Shown here one piece after another: positions 1 through 15,000 of a DNA stretch of 64,000 bases. A model generated the notes under the pieces. That model was given only the letters and a program-made list of their open reading frames with translations, had not been told where the DNA came from and made no database searches. Origin of the DNA: Yuukianura sp. NJ FZ-2021 (taxonomy: Eukaryota); assembly GCA_046563655.1 (NCBI GenBank), contig JAJCTO010000009.1:248001-312000 (forward strand), in the 5' to 3' direction. The position numbers and the translations under genes were made by a program. Position 1 is the stretch's first letter. Each line of letters starts with the position of its first letter.

Positions 1-3000
1 AAATTTTTCACCAAAAAATCATTTTGTTTTCATTTAAAACTCACCAAAAAGTCATTCTGGGCTATCTGAGGAGTCAAAATTGCAAACCGAAATTATGCTT
101 GTGAAAGCCCATCTGAAGTGTTCCAAGCTCAATTTTTCTCCGAAAAATCCATTTTTTTCATTTAAAACTCACCAAAAAGTCATTCTGGGCTATCTGAGGA
201 GTCAAAATTGCAAACCGAAATTATGCTTGTGAAAGCCCATCTGAAGTGTTCCAAGCTCAATTTTTCTCCGAAAAATCCATTTTTTTTCATTTAAAACTCA
301 CCAAAAAGTCATTCTGGGCTATCTGAGGAGTCAAAATTGCAAACCGAAATTATGCTTGTGAAAGCCCATCTGAAGTGTTCCAAGCTAAATTTTTCTCCGA
401 AAAATCCATTTTTTTCATTTATAACTCACCAAAAAGTCATTCTGGGCTATCTGAGGAGTCAAAATTGCAAACCGAAATTATGCTTGTGAAAGCCCATCTG
501 AAGTGTTCCAAGCTAAATTTTTCTCCGAAAAATCCATTCTTTTTCATTTATAACTCACCAAAAAGTCATTCTGGGCTATCTGAGGAGTCAAAATTGCAAA
601 CCGAAATTATGCTTGTGAAAGCCCATCTGAAGTGTTCCAGACTCAATTTTTCTCCAAAAAATCCATTTTTTTCATTAAAATCTCCCCAAAAAGTCATTCT
701 GGGCTATCTGAGGAGTCAAAATTGCAAACCGAAGTTATGCTTCTGAAAGCCCATCTGAAGTGTTCCAAGCTCAATTTTTCTTCGAAAAATCCATTTTTTT
801 CATTTAAAACTCACCAAAAAGTCATTCTGGGCTATCTGAGGAGTCAAAATTGCAAACCGAAATTATGCTTGTGAAAGCCCATCTGAAGTGTTCCAAGCTC
901 AATTTTTCTCCGAAAAATCCATTTTTTTTCATTTAAAACTCACCAAAAAGTCATTCTGGGCTATCTGAGGAGTCAAAATTGCAAACCGAAATTATGCTTG
1001 TGAAAGCCCATCTGAAGTGTTCCAAGCTAAATTTTTCTCCGAAAAATCCATTTTTTTCATTTATAACTCACCAAAAAGTCATTCTGGGCTATCTGAGGAG
1101 TCAAAATTGCAAACCGAAATTATGCTTGTGAAAGCCCATCTGAAGTGTTCCAAGCTAAATTTTTCTCCGAAAAATCCATTTTTTTCATTTATAACTCACC
1201 AAAAAGTCATTCTGGGCTATCTGAGGAGTCAAAATTGCAAACCGAAATTATGCTTGTGAAAGCCCATCTGAAGTGTTCCAAGCTAAATTTTTCTCCGAAA
1301 AATCCATTTTTTTCATTAAATACTCACCAAAAGGTCATTCTGGGCTATCTGAGGAGTCAAAATTGCAAACCGAAATTATGCTTGTGAAAGCCCATCTGAA
1401 GTGTTCCAAGCTCAATTTTTCTCCGAAAAATCCATTTTTTTCATTTAAAACTCACCAAAAAGTCATTCTGGGCTATCTGAGGAGTCAAAATTGCAAACCG
1501 AAATTATGCTTGTGAAAGCCCATCTGAAGTGTTCCAAGCTCAATTTTTCTCCGAAAAATCCATTTTTTTCATTTAAAACTCACCAAAAAGTCATTCTGGG
1601 CTATCTGAGGAGTCAAAATTGCAAACCGAAATTATGCTTGTGAAAGCCCATCTGAAGTGTTCCAAGCTAAATTTTTCTCCGAAAAATCCATTTTTTTCAT
1701 TTATAACTCACCAAAAAGTCATTCTGGGCTATCTGAGGAGTCAAAATTGCAAACGGAAATTATGCTTGTGAAAGCCCATCTGAAGTGTTCCAAGCTAAAT
1801 TTTTCTCTGAAAAATCCATTCTTTTTCATTTAAAACTCTCAAAAAAGTCATTCTGGGCTATCTGAGGAGTCAAAATTGCAAACCGAAATTATGCTTGTGA
1901 AAGCCCATCTGAAGTGTTCCAAGCTCAATTTTTCTCCGAAAAATCCATTTTTTTCATTTAAAACTCACCAAAAAGTCATTCTGGGCTATCTGAGGAGTCA
2001 AAATTGCAAACCGAAATTATGCTTGTGAAAGCCCATCTGAAGTGTTCCAAGCTCAATTTTTCTCCGAAAAATCCATTTTTTTCATTTAAAACTCACCAAA
2101 AAGTCATTCTGGGCTATCTGAGGAGTCAAAATTGCAAACCGAAATTATGCTTGTGAAAGCCCATCTGAAGTGTTCCAAGCTCAATTTTTCTCCGAAAAAT
2201 CCATTTTTTTCATTTAAAACTCACCAAAAAGTCATTCTGGGCTATCTGAGGAGTCAAAATTGCAAACCGAAATTATGCTTGTGAAAGCCCATCTGAAGTG
2301 TTCCAAGCTAAATTTTTCTCCGAAAAATCCATTTTTTTCATTTAAAACTCACCAAAAAGTCATTCTGGGCTATCTGAGGAGTCAAAATTGCAAACCGAAA
2401 TTATGCTTGTGAAAGCCAATCTGAAGTGTTCCAAGCTAAATTTTTCTCCGAAAAATCCATTCTTTTTCATTTATAACTCACCAAAAAGTCATTCTGGGCT
2501 ATCTGAGGAGTCAAAATTGCAAACCGAAATTATGCTTGTGAAAGCCCATCTGAAGTGTTCCAAACTCAATTTTTCTCCGAAAAATCCATTTTTTTCATTT
2601 AAAACTCACCAAAAAGTCATTCTGGGCTATCTGAGGAGTCAAAATTGCAAACCGAAATTATGCTTGTGAAAGCCCATCTGAAGTGTTCCAAGCTCAATTT
2701 TTCTCCGAAAAATCCATTTTTTTCATTTAAAACTCACCAAAAAGTCATTCTGGGCTATCTGAGGAGTCAAAATTGCAAACCGAAATTATGCTTGTGAAAG
2801 CCCATCTGAAGTGTTCCAAGCTAAATTTTTCTCCGAAAAATCCATTTTTTTCATTTAAAACTCACCAAAAAGTCATTCTGGGCTATCTGAGGAGTCAAAA
2901 TTGCAAACCGAAATTATGCTTGTGAAAGCCCATCTGAAGTGTTCCAAGCTAAATTTTTCTCCGAAAAATCCATTTTTTTCATTTAAAACTCACCAAAAAG

Positions 3001-6000
3001 TCATTCTGGGCTATCTGAGGAGTCAAAATTGCAAACCGAAATTATGCTTGTGAAAGCCCATCTGAAGTGTTCCAAGCTAAATTTTTCTCCGAAAAATCCA
3101 TTTTTTTCATTTAAAACTCACCAAAAAGTCATTCTGGGCTATCTGAGGAGTCAAAATTGCAAACCGAAATTATGCTTGTGAAAGCCCATCTGAAGTGTTC
3201 CAAGCTAAATTTTTCTCCGAAAAATCCATTCTTTTTCATTTATAACTCACCAAAAAGTCATTCTGGGCTATCTGAGGAGTCAAAATTGCAAACCGAAATT
3301 ATGCTTGTGAAAGCCCATCTGAAGTGTTCCAAGCTCAATTTTTCTCCGAAAAATCCATTTTTTTCATTTAAAACTCACCAAAAAGTCATTCTGGGCTATC
3401 TGAGGAGTCAAAATTGCAAACCGAAATTATGCTTGTGAAAGCCCATCTGAAGTGTTCCAAGCTCAATTTTTCTCCGAAAAATCCATTTTTTTCATTTAAA
3501 ACTCACCAAAAAGTCATTCTGGGCTATCTGAGGAGTCAAAATTGCAAACCGAAATTATGCTTGTGAAAGCCCATCTGAAGTGTTCCAAGCTAAATTTTTC
3601 TCCGAAAAATCCATTTTTTTCATTTATAACTCACCAAAAAGTCATTCTGGGCTATCTGAGGAGTCAAAATTGCAAACCGAAATTATGCTTGTGAAAGCCC
3701 ATCTGAAGTGTTCCAAGCTAAATTTTTCTCCGAAAAATCCATTTTTTTCATTTATAACTCACCAAAAAGTCATTCTGGGCTATCTGAGGAGTCAAAATTG
3801 CAAACCGAAATTATGCTTGTGAAAGCCCATCTGAAGTGTTCCAAGCTAAATTTTTCTCCGAAAAATCCATTTTTTTCATTTAAAACTCACCAAAAAGTCA
3901 TTCTGGGCTATCTGAGGAGTCAAAATTGCAAACCGAAATTATGCTTGTGAAAGCCCATCTGAAGTGTTCCAAGCTAAATTTTTCTCCGAAAAATCCATTC
4001 TTTTTCATTTATAACTCACCAAAAAGTCATTCTGGGCTATCTGAGGAGTCAAAATTGCAAACCGAAATTATGCTTGTGAAAGCCCATCTGAAGTGTTCCA
4101 AGCTCAATTTTTCTCCGAAAAATCCATTTTTTTCATTAAAAACTCACCAAAAGGTCATTCTGGGCTATCTGAGGAGTCAAAATTGCAAACCGAAATTATG
4201 CTTGTGAAAGCCCATCTGAAGTGTTCCAAGCTCAATTTTTCTCCGAAAAATCCATTTTTTTCATTTAAAACTCACCAAAAAGTCATTCTGGGCTATCTGA
4301 GGAGTCAAAATTGCAAACCGAAATTATGCTTGTGAAAGCCCATCTGAAGTGTTCCAAGCTAAATTTTTCTCCGAAAAATCCATTTTTTTCATTTATAACT
4401 CACCAAAAAGTCATTCTGGGCTATCTGAGGAGTCAAAATTGCAAACCGAAATTATGCTTGTGAAAGCCCATCTGAAGTGTTCCAAGCTAAATTTTTCTCC
4501 GAAAAATCCATTCTTTTTCATTTATAACTCACCAAAAAGTCATTCTGGGCTATCTGAGGAGTCAAAATTGCAAACCGAAATTATGCTTGTGAAAGCCCAT
4601 CTGAAGTGTTCCAAGCTCAATTTTTCTCCGAAAAATCCATTTTTTTCATTTAAAACTCACCAAAAAGTCATTCTGGGCTATCTGAGGAGTCAAAATTGCA
4701 AACCGAAATTATGCTTGTGAAAGCCCATCTGAAGTGTTCCAAGCTCAATTTTTCTCCGAAAAATCCATTTTTTTCATTTAAAACTCACCAAAAAGTCATT
4801 CTGGGCTATCTGAGGAGTCAAAATTGCAAACCGAAATTATGCTTGTGAAAGCCCATCTGAAGTGTTCCAAGCTAAATTTTTCTCCGAAAAATCCATTTTT
4901 TTCATTTAAAACTCACCAAAAAGTCATTCTGGGCTATCTGAGGAGTCAAAATTGCAAACCGAAATTATGCTTGTGAAAGCCCATCTGAAGTGTTCCAAGC
5001 TAAATTTTTCTCCGAAAAATCCATTTTTTTCATTTAAAACTCACCAAAAAGTCATTCTGGGCTATCTGAGGAGTCAAAATTGCAAACCGAAATTATGCTT
5101 GTGAAAGCCCATCTGAAGTGTTCCAAGCTCAATTTTTCTCCGAAAAATCCATTTTTTTCATTTAAAACTCACCAAAAAGTCATTCTGGGCTATCTGAGGA
5201 GTCAAAATTGCAAACCGAAATTATGCTTGTGAAAGCCCATCTGAAGTGTTCCAAGCTCAATTTTTCTCCGAAAAATCCATTTTTTTCATTTAAAACTCAC
5301 CAAAAAGTCATTCTGGGCTATCTGAGGAGTCAAAATTGCAAACCGAAATTATGCTTGTGAAAGCCCATCTGAAGTGTTCCAAGCTCAATTTTTCTCCGAA
5401 AAATCCATTTTTTTCATTTAAAACTCACCAAAAAGTCATTCTGGGCTATCTGAGGAGTCAAAATTGCAAACCGAAATTATGCTTGTGAAAGCCCATCTGA
5501 AGTGTTCCAAGCTCAATTTTTCTCCGAAAAATCCATTTTTTTCATTTAAAACTCACCAAAAAGTCATTCTGGGCTATCTGAGGAGTCAAAATTGCAAACC
5601 GAAATTATGCTTGTGAAAGCCCATCTGAAGTGTTCCAAGCTCAATTTTTCTCCGAAAAATCCATTTTTTTCATTTAAAACTCACCAAAAAGTCATTCTGG
5701 GCTATCTGAGGAGTCAAAATTGCAAACCGAAATTATGCTTGTGAAAGCCCATCTGAAGTGTTCCAAGCTAAATTTTTCTCCGAAAAATCCATTTTTTTCA
5801 TTTAAAACTCACCAAAAAGTCATTCTGGGCTATCTGAGGAGTCAAAATTGCAAACCGAAATTATGCTTGTGAAAGCCCATCTGAAGTGTTCCAAGCTCAA
5901 TTTTTCTCCGAAAAATCCATTTTTTTCATTTAAAACTCACCAAAAAGTCATTCTGGGCTATCTGAGGAGTCAAAATTGCAAACCGAAATTATGCTTGTGA

Positions 6001-9000
6001 AAGCCCATCTGAAGTGTTCCAAGCTCAATTTTTCTCCGAAAAATCCATTTTTTTTCATTTAAAACTCACCAAAAAGTCATTCTGGGCTATCTGAGGAGTC
6101 AAAATTGCAAACCGAAATTATGCTTGTGAAAGCCCATCTGAAGTGTTCCAAGCTCAATTTTTCTCCGAAAAATCCATTTTTTTCATTTAAAACTCACCAA
6201 AAAGTCATTCTGGGCTATCTGAGGAGTCAAAATTGCAAACCGAAATTATGCTTGTGAAAGCCCATCTGAAGTGTTCCAAGCTAAATTTTTCTCCGAAAAA
6301 TCCATTTTTTTCATTTAAAACTCACCAAAAAGTCATTCTGGGCTATCTGAGGAGTCAAAATTGCAAACCGAAATTATGCTTGTGAAAGCCCATCTGAAGT
6401 GTTCCAAGCTCAATTTTTCTCCGAAAAATCCATTCTTTTTCATTTATAACTCACCAAAAAGTCATTCTGGGCTATCTGAGGAGTCAAAATTGCAAACCGA
6501 AATTATGCTTGTGAAAGCCCATCTGAAGTGTTCCAAGCTCAATTTTTCTCCGAAAAATCCATTTTTTTCATTTAAAACTCACCAAAAAGTCATTCTGGGC
6601 TATCTGAGGAGTCAAAATTGCAAACCGAAATTATGCTTGTGAAAGCCCATCTGAAGTGTTCCAAGCTAAATTTTTCTCCGAAAAATCCATTTTTTTCATT
6701 TAAAACTCACCAAAAAGTCATTCTGGGCTATCTGAGGAGTCAAAATTGCAAACCGAAATTATGCTTGTGAAAGCCCATCTGAAGTGTTCCAAGCTAAATT
6801 TTTCTCCGAAAAATCCATTTTTTTCATTTAAAACTCACCAAAAAGTCATTCTGGGCTATCTGAGGAGTCAAAATTGCAAACCGAAATTATGCTTGTGAAA
6901 GCCCATCTGAAGTGTTCCAAGCTCAATTTTTCTCCGAAAAATCCATTTTTTTCATTTAAAACTCACCAAAAAGTCATTCTGGGCTATCTGAGGAGTCAAA
7001 ATTGCAAACCGAAATTATGCTTGTGAAAGCCCATCTGAAGTGTTCCAAGCTCAATTTTTCTCCGAAAAATCCATTTTTTTTCATTTAAAACTCACCAAAA
7101 AGTCATTCTGGGCTATCTGAGGAGTCAAAATTGCAAACCGAAATTATGCTTGTGAAAGCCCATCTGAAGTGTTCCAAGCTCAATTTTTCTCCGAAAAATC
7201 CATTTTTTTCATTTAAAACTCACCAAAAAGTCATTCTGGGCTATCTGAGGAGTCAAAATTGCAAACCGAAATTATGCTTGTGAAAGCCCATCTGAAGTGT
7301 TCCAAGCTAAATTTTTCTCCGAAAAATCCATTTTTTTCATTTAAAACTCACCAAAAAGTCATTCTGGGCTATCTGAGGAGTCAAAATTGCAAACCGAAAT
7401 TATGCTTGTGAAAGCCCATCTGAAGTGTTCCAAGCTCAATTTTTCTCCGAAAAATCCATTCTTTTTCATTTATAACTCACCAAAAAGTCATTCTGGGCTA
7501 TCTGAGGAGTCAAAATTGCAAACCGAAATTATGCTTGTGAAAGCCCATCTGAAGTGTTCCAAGCTCAATTTTTCTCCGAAAAATCCATTTTTTTCATTTA
7601 AAACTCACCAAAAAGTCATTCTGGGCTATCTGAGGAGTCAAAATTGCAAACCGAAATTATGCTTGTGAAAGCCCATCTGAAGTGTTCCAAGCTAAATTTT
7701 TCTCCGAAAAATCCATTTTTTTCATTTAAAACTCACCAAAAAGTCATTCTGGGCTATCTGAGGAGTCAAAATTGCAAACCGAAATTATGCTTGTGAAAGC
7801 CCATCTGAAGTGTTCCAAGCTAAATTTTTCTCCGAAAAATCCATTCTTTTTCATTTATAACTCACCAAAAAGTCATTCTGGGCTATCTGAGGAGTCAAAA
7901 TTGCAAACGGAAATTATGCTTGTGAAAGCCCATCTGAAGTGTTCCAAGCTAAATTTTTCTCTGAAAAATCCATTCTTTTTCATTTAAAACTCTCAAAAAA
8001 GTCATTCTGGGCTATCTGAGGAGTCAAAATTGCAAACGGAAATTATGCTTGTGAAAGCCCATCTGAAGTGTTCCAAGCTAAATTTTTCTCCGAAAAATCC
8101 ATTCTTTTTCATTTATAACTCACCAAAAAGTCATTCTGGGCTATCTGAGGAGTCAAAATTGCAAACCGAAATTATGCTTGTGAAAGCCCATCTGAAGTGT
8201 TCCAAGCTCAATTTTTCTCCGAAAAATCCATTTTTTTCATTTAAAACTCACCAAAAAGTCATTCTGGGCTATCTGAGGAGTCAAAATTGCAAACCGAAAT
8301 TATGCTTGTGAAAGCCCATCTGAAGTGTTCCAAGCTCAATTTTTCTCCGAAAAATCCATTTTTTTCATTTAAAACTCACCAAAAAGTCATTCTGGGCTAT
8401 CTGAGGAGTCAAAATTGCAAACCGAAATTATGCTTGTGAAAGCCCATCTGAAGTGTTCCAAGCTAAATTTTTCTCCGAAAAATCCATTTTTTTCATTTAA
8501 AACTCACCAAAAAGTCATTCTGGGCTATCTGAGGAGTCAAAATTGCAAACCGAAATTATGCTTGTGAAAGCCCATCTGAAGTGTTCCAAGCTAAATTTTT
8601 CTCCGAAAAATCCATTTTTTTCATTTATAACTCACCAAAAAGTCATTCTGGGCTATCTGAGGAGTCAAAATTGCAAACCGAAATTATGCTTGTGAAAGCC
8701 CATCTGAAGTGTTCCAAGCTCAATTTTTCTCCGAAAAATCCATTTTTTTCATTTAAAACTCACCAAAAAGTCATTCTGGGCTATCTGAGGAGTCAAAATT
8801 GCAAACCGAAATTATGCTTGTGAAAGCCCATCTGAAGTGTTCCAAGCTCAATTTTTCTCCGAAAAATCCATTTTTTTCATTTAAAACTCACCAAAAAGTC
8901 ATTCTGGGCTATCTGAGGAGTCAAAATTGCAAACCGAAATTATGCTTGTGAAAGCCCATCTGAAGTGTTCCAAGCTCAATTTTTCTCCGAAAAATCCATT

Positions 9001-12000
9001 TTTTTCATTTAAAACTCACCAAAAAGTCATTCTGGGCTATCTGAGGAGTCAAAATTGCAAACCGAAATTATGCTTGTGAAAGCCCATCTGAAGTGTTCCA
9101 AGCTCAATTTTTCTCCGAAAAATCCATTTTTTTCATTTAAAACTCACCAAAAAGTCATTCTGGGCTATCTGAGGAGTCAAAATTGCAAACCGAAATTATG
9201 CTTGTGAAAGCCCATCTGAAGTGTTCCAAGCTAAATTTTTCTCCGAAAAATCCATTTTTTTCATTTAAAACTCACAAAAAAGTCATTCTGGGCTCTCTGA
9301 GGAGTCAAAATTGCAAACGGAAATTATGCTTGTGAAAGCCCATCTGAAGTGTTCCAAGCTAAATTTTTCTCTGAAAAATCCATTCTTTTTCATTTAAAAC
9401 TCTCAAAAAAGTCATTCTGGGCTATCTGAGGAGTCAAAATTGCAAACGGAAATTATGCTTGTGAAAGCCCATCTGAAGTGTTCCAAGCTAAATTTTTCTC
9501 GGAAAAATCCATTTTTTTCATTTAAAACTCACCAAAAAGTCATTCTGGGCTATCTGAGGAGTCAAAATTGCAAACCGAAATTATGCTTGTGAAAGCCCAT
9601 CTGAAGTGTTCCAAGCTCAATTTTTCTCCGAAAAATCCATTTTTTTCATTTAAAACTCACCAAAAAGTCATTCTGGGCTATCTGAGGAGTCAAAATTGCA
9701 AACCGAAATTATGCTTGTGAAAGCCCATCTGAAGTGTTCCAAGCTCAATTTTTCTCCGAAAAATCCATTCTTTTTCATTTAAAACTCACCAAAAAGTCAT
9801 TCTGGGCTATCTGAGGAGTCAAAATTGCAAACCGAAATTATGCTTGTGAAAGCCCATCTGAAGTGTTCCAAGCTCAATTTTTCTCCGAAAAATCCATTTT
9901 TTTCATTTAAAACTCACCAAAAAGTCATTCTGGGCTATCTGAGGAGTCAAAATTGCAAACCGAAATTATGCTTGTGAAAGCCCATCTGAAGTGTTCCAAG
10001 CTCAATTTTTCTCCGAAAAATCCATTTTTTTCATTTAAAACTCACCAAAAAGTCATTCTGGGCTATCCGAGGAGTCAAAATTGCAAACAGAAATTATGCT
10101 TGTGAAAGCCCATCTGTAATATTCCAAGCTCAATTTTTCTCCGAAAAATCCATTTTTTTTCATTTATAACTCACCAAAAAGTCATTCTGGGCTATCTGAG
10201 GAGTCAAAATTGCAAACCGAAATTATGCTTGTGAAAGCCCATCTGTAATATTCCAAGCTAAATTTTTCACCAAAAAATCCATTTTTTTCATTTAAAACTC
10301 ACCAAAAAGTCATTCTGGGCTATCTGAGGAGTCAAAATTGCAAACCGAAATTATGCTTGTGAAAGCCCATCTGAAGTGTTCCAAGCTCAATTTTTCTCCG
10401 AAAAATCCATTTTTTTCATTTAAAACTCACCAAAAAGTCATTCTGGGCTATCTGAGGAGTCAAAATTGCAAACCGAAATTATGCTTGTGAAAGCCCATCT
10501 GAAGTGTTCCAAGCTCAATTTTTCTCCGAAAAATCCATTTTTTTCATTTAAAACTCACCAAAAAGTCATTCTGGGCTATCTGAGGAGTCAAAATTGCAAA
10601 CCGAAATTATGCTTGTGAAAGCCCATCTGAAGTGTTCCAAGCTAAATTTTTCTCCGAAAAATCCATTTTTTTCATTTAAAACTCACCAAAAAGTCATTCT
10701 GGGCTATCTGAGGAGTCAAAATTGCAAACCGAAATTATGCTTGTGAAAGCCCATCTGAAGTGTTCCAAGCTAAATTTTTCTCCGAAAAATCCATTTTTTT
10801 CATTTAAAACTCACCAAAAAGTCATTCTGGGCTATCTGAGGAGTCAAAATTGCAAACCGAAATTATGCTTGTGAAAGCCCATCTGAAGTGTTCCAAGCTC
10901 AATTTTTCTCCGAAAAATCCATTTCTTTCATTTATAACTCACCAAAAAGTCATTCTGGGCTATCTGAGGAGTCAAAATTGCAAACCGAAATTATGCTTGT
11001 GGAAGCCCATCTGAAGTGTTCCAAGCTAAATTTTTCTCCGAAAAATCCATTTTTTTCATTTAAAACTCACCAAAAAGTCATTCTGGGCTATCTGAGGAGT
11101 CAAAATTGCAAACCGAAATTATGCTTGTGAAAGCCCATCTGAAGTGTTCCAAGCTCAATTTTTCTCCGAAAAATCCATTTTTTTCATTTAAAACTCACCA
11201 AAAAGTCATTCTGGGCTATCTGAGGAGTCAAAATTGCAAACCGAAATTATGCTTGTGAAAGCCCATCTGAAGTGTTCCAAGCTCAATTTTTCTCCGAAAA
11301 ATCCATTTTTTTCATTTAAAACTCACCAAAAAGTCATTCTGGGCTATCTGAGGAGTCAAAATTGCAAACCGAAATTATGCTTGTGAAAGCCCATCTGAAG
11401 TGTTCCAAGCTCAATTTTTCTCCGAAAAATCCATTTTTTTCATTTAAAACTCACCAAAAAGTCATTCTGGGCTATCTGAGGAGTCAAAATTGCAAACCGA
11501 AATTATGCTTGTGAAAGCCCATCTGAAGTGTTCCAAGCTCAATTTTTCTCCGAAAAATCCATTTTTTTCATTTAAAACTCACCAAAAAGTCATTCTGGGC
11601 TATCTGAGGAGTCAAAATTGCAAACCGAAATTATGCTTGTGAAAGCCCATCTGAAGTGTTCCAAGCTCAAATTTTTCTCCGAAAAATCCATTCTTTTTCA
11701 TTTATAACTCACCAAAAAGTCATTCTGGGCTATCTGAGGAGTCAAAATTGCAAACCGAAATTATGCTTGTGAAAGCCCATCTGAAGTGTTCCAAGCTAAA
11801 TTTTTCTCCGAAAAATCCATTTTTTTCATTTAAAACTCACCAAAAAGTCATTCTGGGCTATCTGAGGAGTCAAAATTGCAAACCGAAATTATGCTTGTGA
11901 AAGCCCATCTGAAGTGTTCCAAGCTCAATTTTTCTCCGAAAAATCCATTTTTTTCATTTAAAACTCACCAAAAAGTCATTCTGGGCTATCTGAGGAGTCA

Positions 12001-15000
12001 AAATTGCAAACCGAAATTATGCTTGTGAAAGCCCATCTGAAGTGTTCCAAGCTAAATTTTTCTCCGAAAAATCCATTTTTTTCATTTAAAACTCACCAAA
12101 AAGTCATTCTGGGCTATCTGAGGAGTCAAAATTGCAAACCGAAATTATGCTTGTGAAAGCCCATCTGAAGTGTTCCAAGCTCAATTTTTCTCCGAAAAAT
12201 CCATTTTTTTCATTTAAAACTCACCAAAAAGTCATTCTGGGCTATCTGAGGAGTCAAAATTGCAAACCGAAATTATGCTTGTGAAAGCCCATCTGAAGTG
12301 TTCCAAGCTCAATTTTTCTCCGAAAAATCCATTTTTTTCATTTAAAACTCACCAAAAAGTCATTCTGGGCTATCTGAGGAGTCAAAATTGCAAACCGAAA
12401 TTATGCTTGTGAAAGCCCATCTGAAGTGTTCCAAGCTCAATTTTTCTCCGAAAAATCCATTTTTTTCATTTAAAACTCACCAAAAAGTCATTCTGGGCTA
12501 TCTGAGGAGTCAAAATTGCAAACCGAAATTATGCTTGTGAAAGCCCATCTGAAGTGTTCCAAGCTCAATTTTTCTCCGAAAAATCCATTTTTTTCATTTA
12601 AAACTCACCAAAAAGTCATTCTGGGCTATCTGAGGAGTCAAAATTGCAAACGGAAATTATGCTTGTGAAAGCCCATCTGAAGTGTTCCAAGCTAAATTTT
12701 TCTCTGAAAAATCCATTCTTTTTCATTTAAAACTCTCAAAAAAGTCATTCTGGGCTATCTGAGGAGTCAAAATTGCAAACCGAAATTATGCTTGTGAAAG
12801 CCCATCTGAAGTGTTCCAAGCTCAATTTTTCTCCGAAAAATCCATTTTTTTCATTTAAAACTCACCAAAAAGTCATTCTGGGCTATCTGAGGAGTCAAAA
12901 TTGCAAACCGAAATTATGCTTGTGAAAGCCCATCTGAAGTGTTCCAAGCTCAATTTTTCTCCGAAAAATCCATTTTTTTCATTTAAAACTCACCAAAAAG
13001 TCATTCTGGGCTATCTGAGGAGTCAAAATTGCAAACCGAAATTATGCTTGTGAAAGCCCATCTGAAGTGTTCCAAGCTCAATTTTTCTCCGAAAAATCCA
13101 TTTTTTTCATTTAAAACTCACCAAAAAGTCATTCTGGGCTATCTGAGGAGTCAAAATTGCAAACCGAAATTATGCTTGTGAAAGCCCATCTGAAGTGTTC
13201 CAAGCTAAATTTTTCTCCGAAAAATCCATTTTTTTCATTTAAAACTCACCAAAAAGTCATTCTGGGCTATCTGAGGAGTCAAAATTGCAAACCGAAATTA
13301 TGCTTGTGAAAGCCCATCTGAAGTGTTCCAAGCTCAATTTTTCTCCGAAAAATCCATTTTTTTCATTTAAAACTCACCAAAAAGTCATTCTGGGCTATCT
13401 GAGGAGTCAAAATTGCAAACCGAAATTATGCTTGTGAAAGCCCATCTGAAGTGTTCCAAGCTCAATTTTTCTCCGAAAAATCCATTTTTTTCATTTAAAA
13501 CTCACCAAAAAGTCATTCTGGGCTATCTGAGGAGTCAAAATTGCAAACCGAAATTATGCTTGTGAAAGCCCATCTGAAGTGTTCCAAGCTCAATTTTTCT
13601 CCGAAAAATCCATTTTTTTCATTTAAAACTCACCAAAAAGTCATTCTGGGCTATCTGAGGAGTCAAAATTGCAAACCGAAATTATGCTTGTGAAAGCCCA
13701 TCTGAAGTGTTCCAAGCTCAATTTTTCTCCGAAAAATCCATTTTTTTCATTTAAAACTCACCAAAAAGTCATTCTGGGCTATCTGAGGAGTCAAAATTGC
13801 AAACCGAAATTATGCTTGTGAAAGCCCATCTGAAGTGTTCCAAGCTAAATTTTTCTCCGAAAAATCCATTTTTTTCATTTAAAACTCACCAAAAAGTCAT
13901 TCTGGGCTATCTGAGGAGTCAAAATTGCAAACCGAAATTATGCTTGTGAAAGCCCATCTGAAGTGTTCCAAGCTCAATTTTTCTCCGAAAAATCCATTTT
14001 TTTCATTTAAAACTCACCAAAAAGTCATTCTGGGCTATCTGAGGAGTCAAAATTGCAAACCGAAATTATGCTTGTGAAAGCCCATCTGAAGTGTTCCAAG
14101 CTCAATTTTTCTCCGAAAAATCCATTTTTTTCATTTAAAACTCACCAAAAAGTCATTCTGGGCTATCTGAGGAGTCAAAATTGCAAACCGAAATTATGCT
14201 TGTGAAAGCCCATCTGAAGTGTTCCAAGCTCAATTTTTCTCCGAAAAATCCATTTTTTTCATTTAAAACTCACCAAAAAGTCATTCTGGGCTATCTGAGG
14301 AGTCAAAATTGCAAACCGAAATTATGCTTGTGAAAGCCCATCTGAAGTGTTCCAAGCTCAATTTTTCTCCGAAAAATCCATTTTTTTCATTTAAAACTCA
14401 CCAAAAAGTCATTCTGGGCTATCTGAGGAGTCAAAATTGCAAACCGAAATTATGCTTGTGAAAGCCCATCTGAAGTGTTCCAAGCTCAATTTTTCTCCGA
14501 AAAATCCATTTTTTTCATTTAAAACTCACCAAAAAGTCATTCTGGGCTATCTGAGGAGTCAAAATTGCAAACCGAAATTATGCTTGTGAAAGCCCATCTG
14601 AAGTGTTCCAAGCTCAATTTTTCTCCGAAAAATCCATTTTTTTCATTTAAAACTCACCAAAAAGTCATTCTGGGCTATCTGAGGAGTCAAAATTGCAAAC
14701 CGAAATTATGCTTGTGAAAGCCCATCTGAAGTGTTCCAAGCTAAATTTTTCTCCGAAAAATCCATTTTTTTCATTTAAAACTCACCAAAAAGTCATTCTG
14801 GGCTATCTGAGGAGTCAAAATTGCAAACCGAAATTATGCTTGTGAAAGCCCATCTGAAGTGTTCCAAGCTCAATTTTTCTCCGAAAAATCCATTTTTTTC
14901 ATTTAAAACTCACCAAAAAGTCATTCTGGGCTATCTGAGGAGTCAAAATTGCAAACCGAAATTATGCTTGTGAAAGCCCATCTGAAGTGTTCCAAGCTAA

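Noticed and set aside
58..111. Hammerhead-ribozyme-like motif in the 128-bp monomer (TGGGC-TA..CTGAGGA..GAAA-GCCCA)
   Set aside because: The core words and a 6-bp stem III are present, but only one nucleotide separates the putative cleavage site from CUGA, so there is no stem I. Stem II pairs poorly, and the alternative topology puts G at the cleavage position. An Infernal search with hammerhead models on a dimer would settle it.
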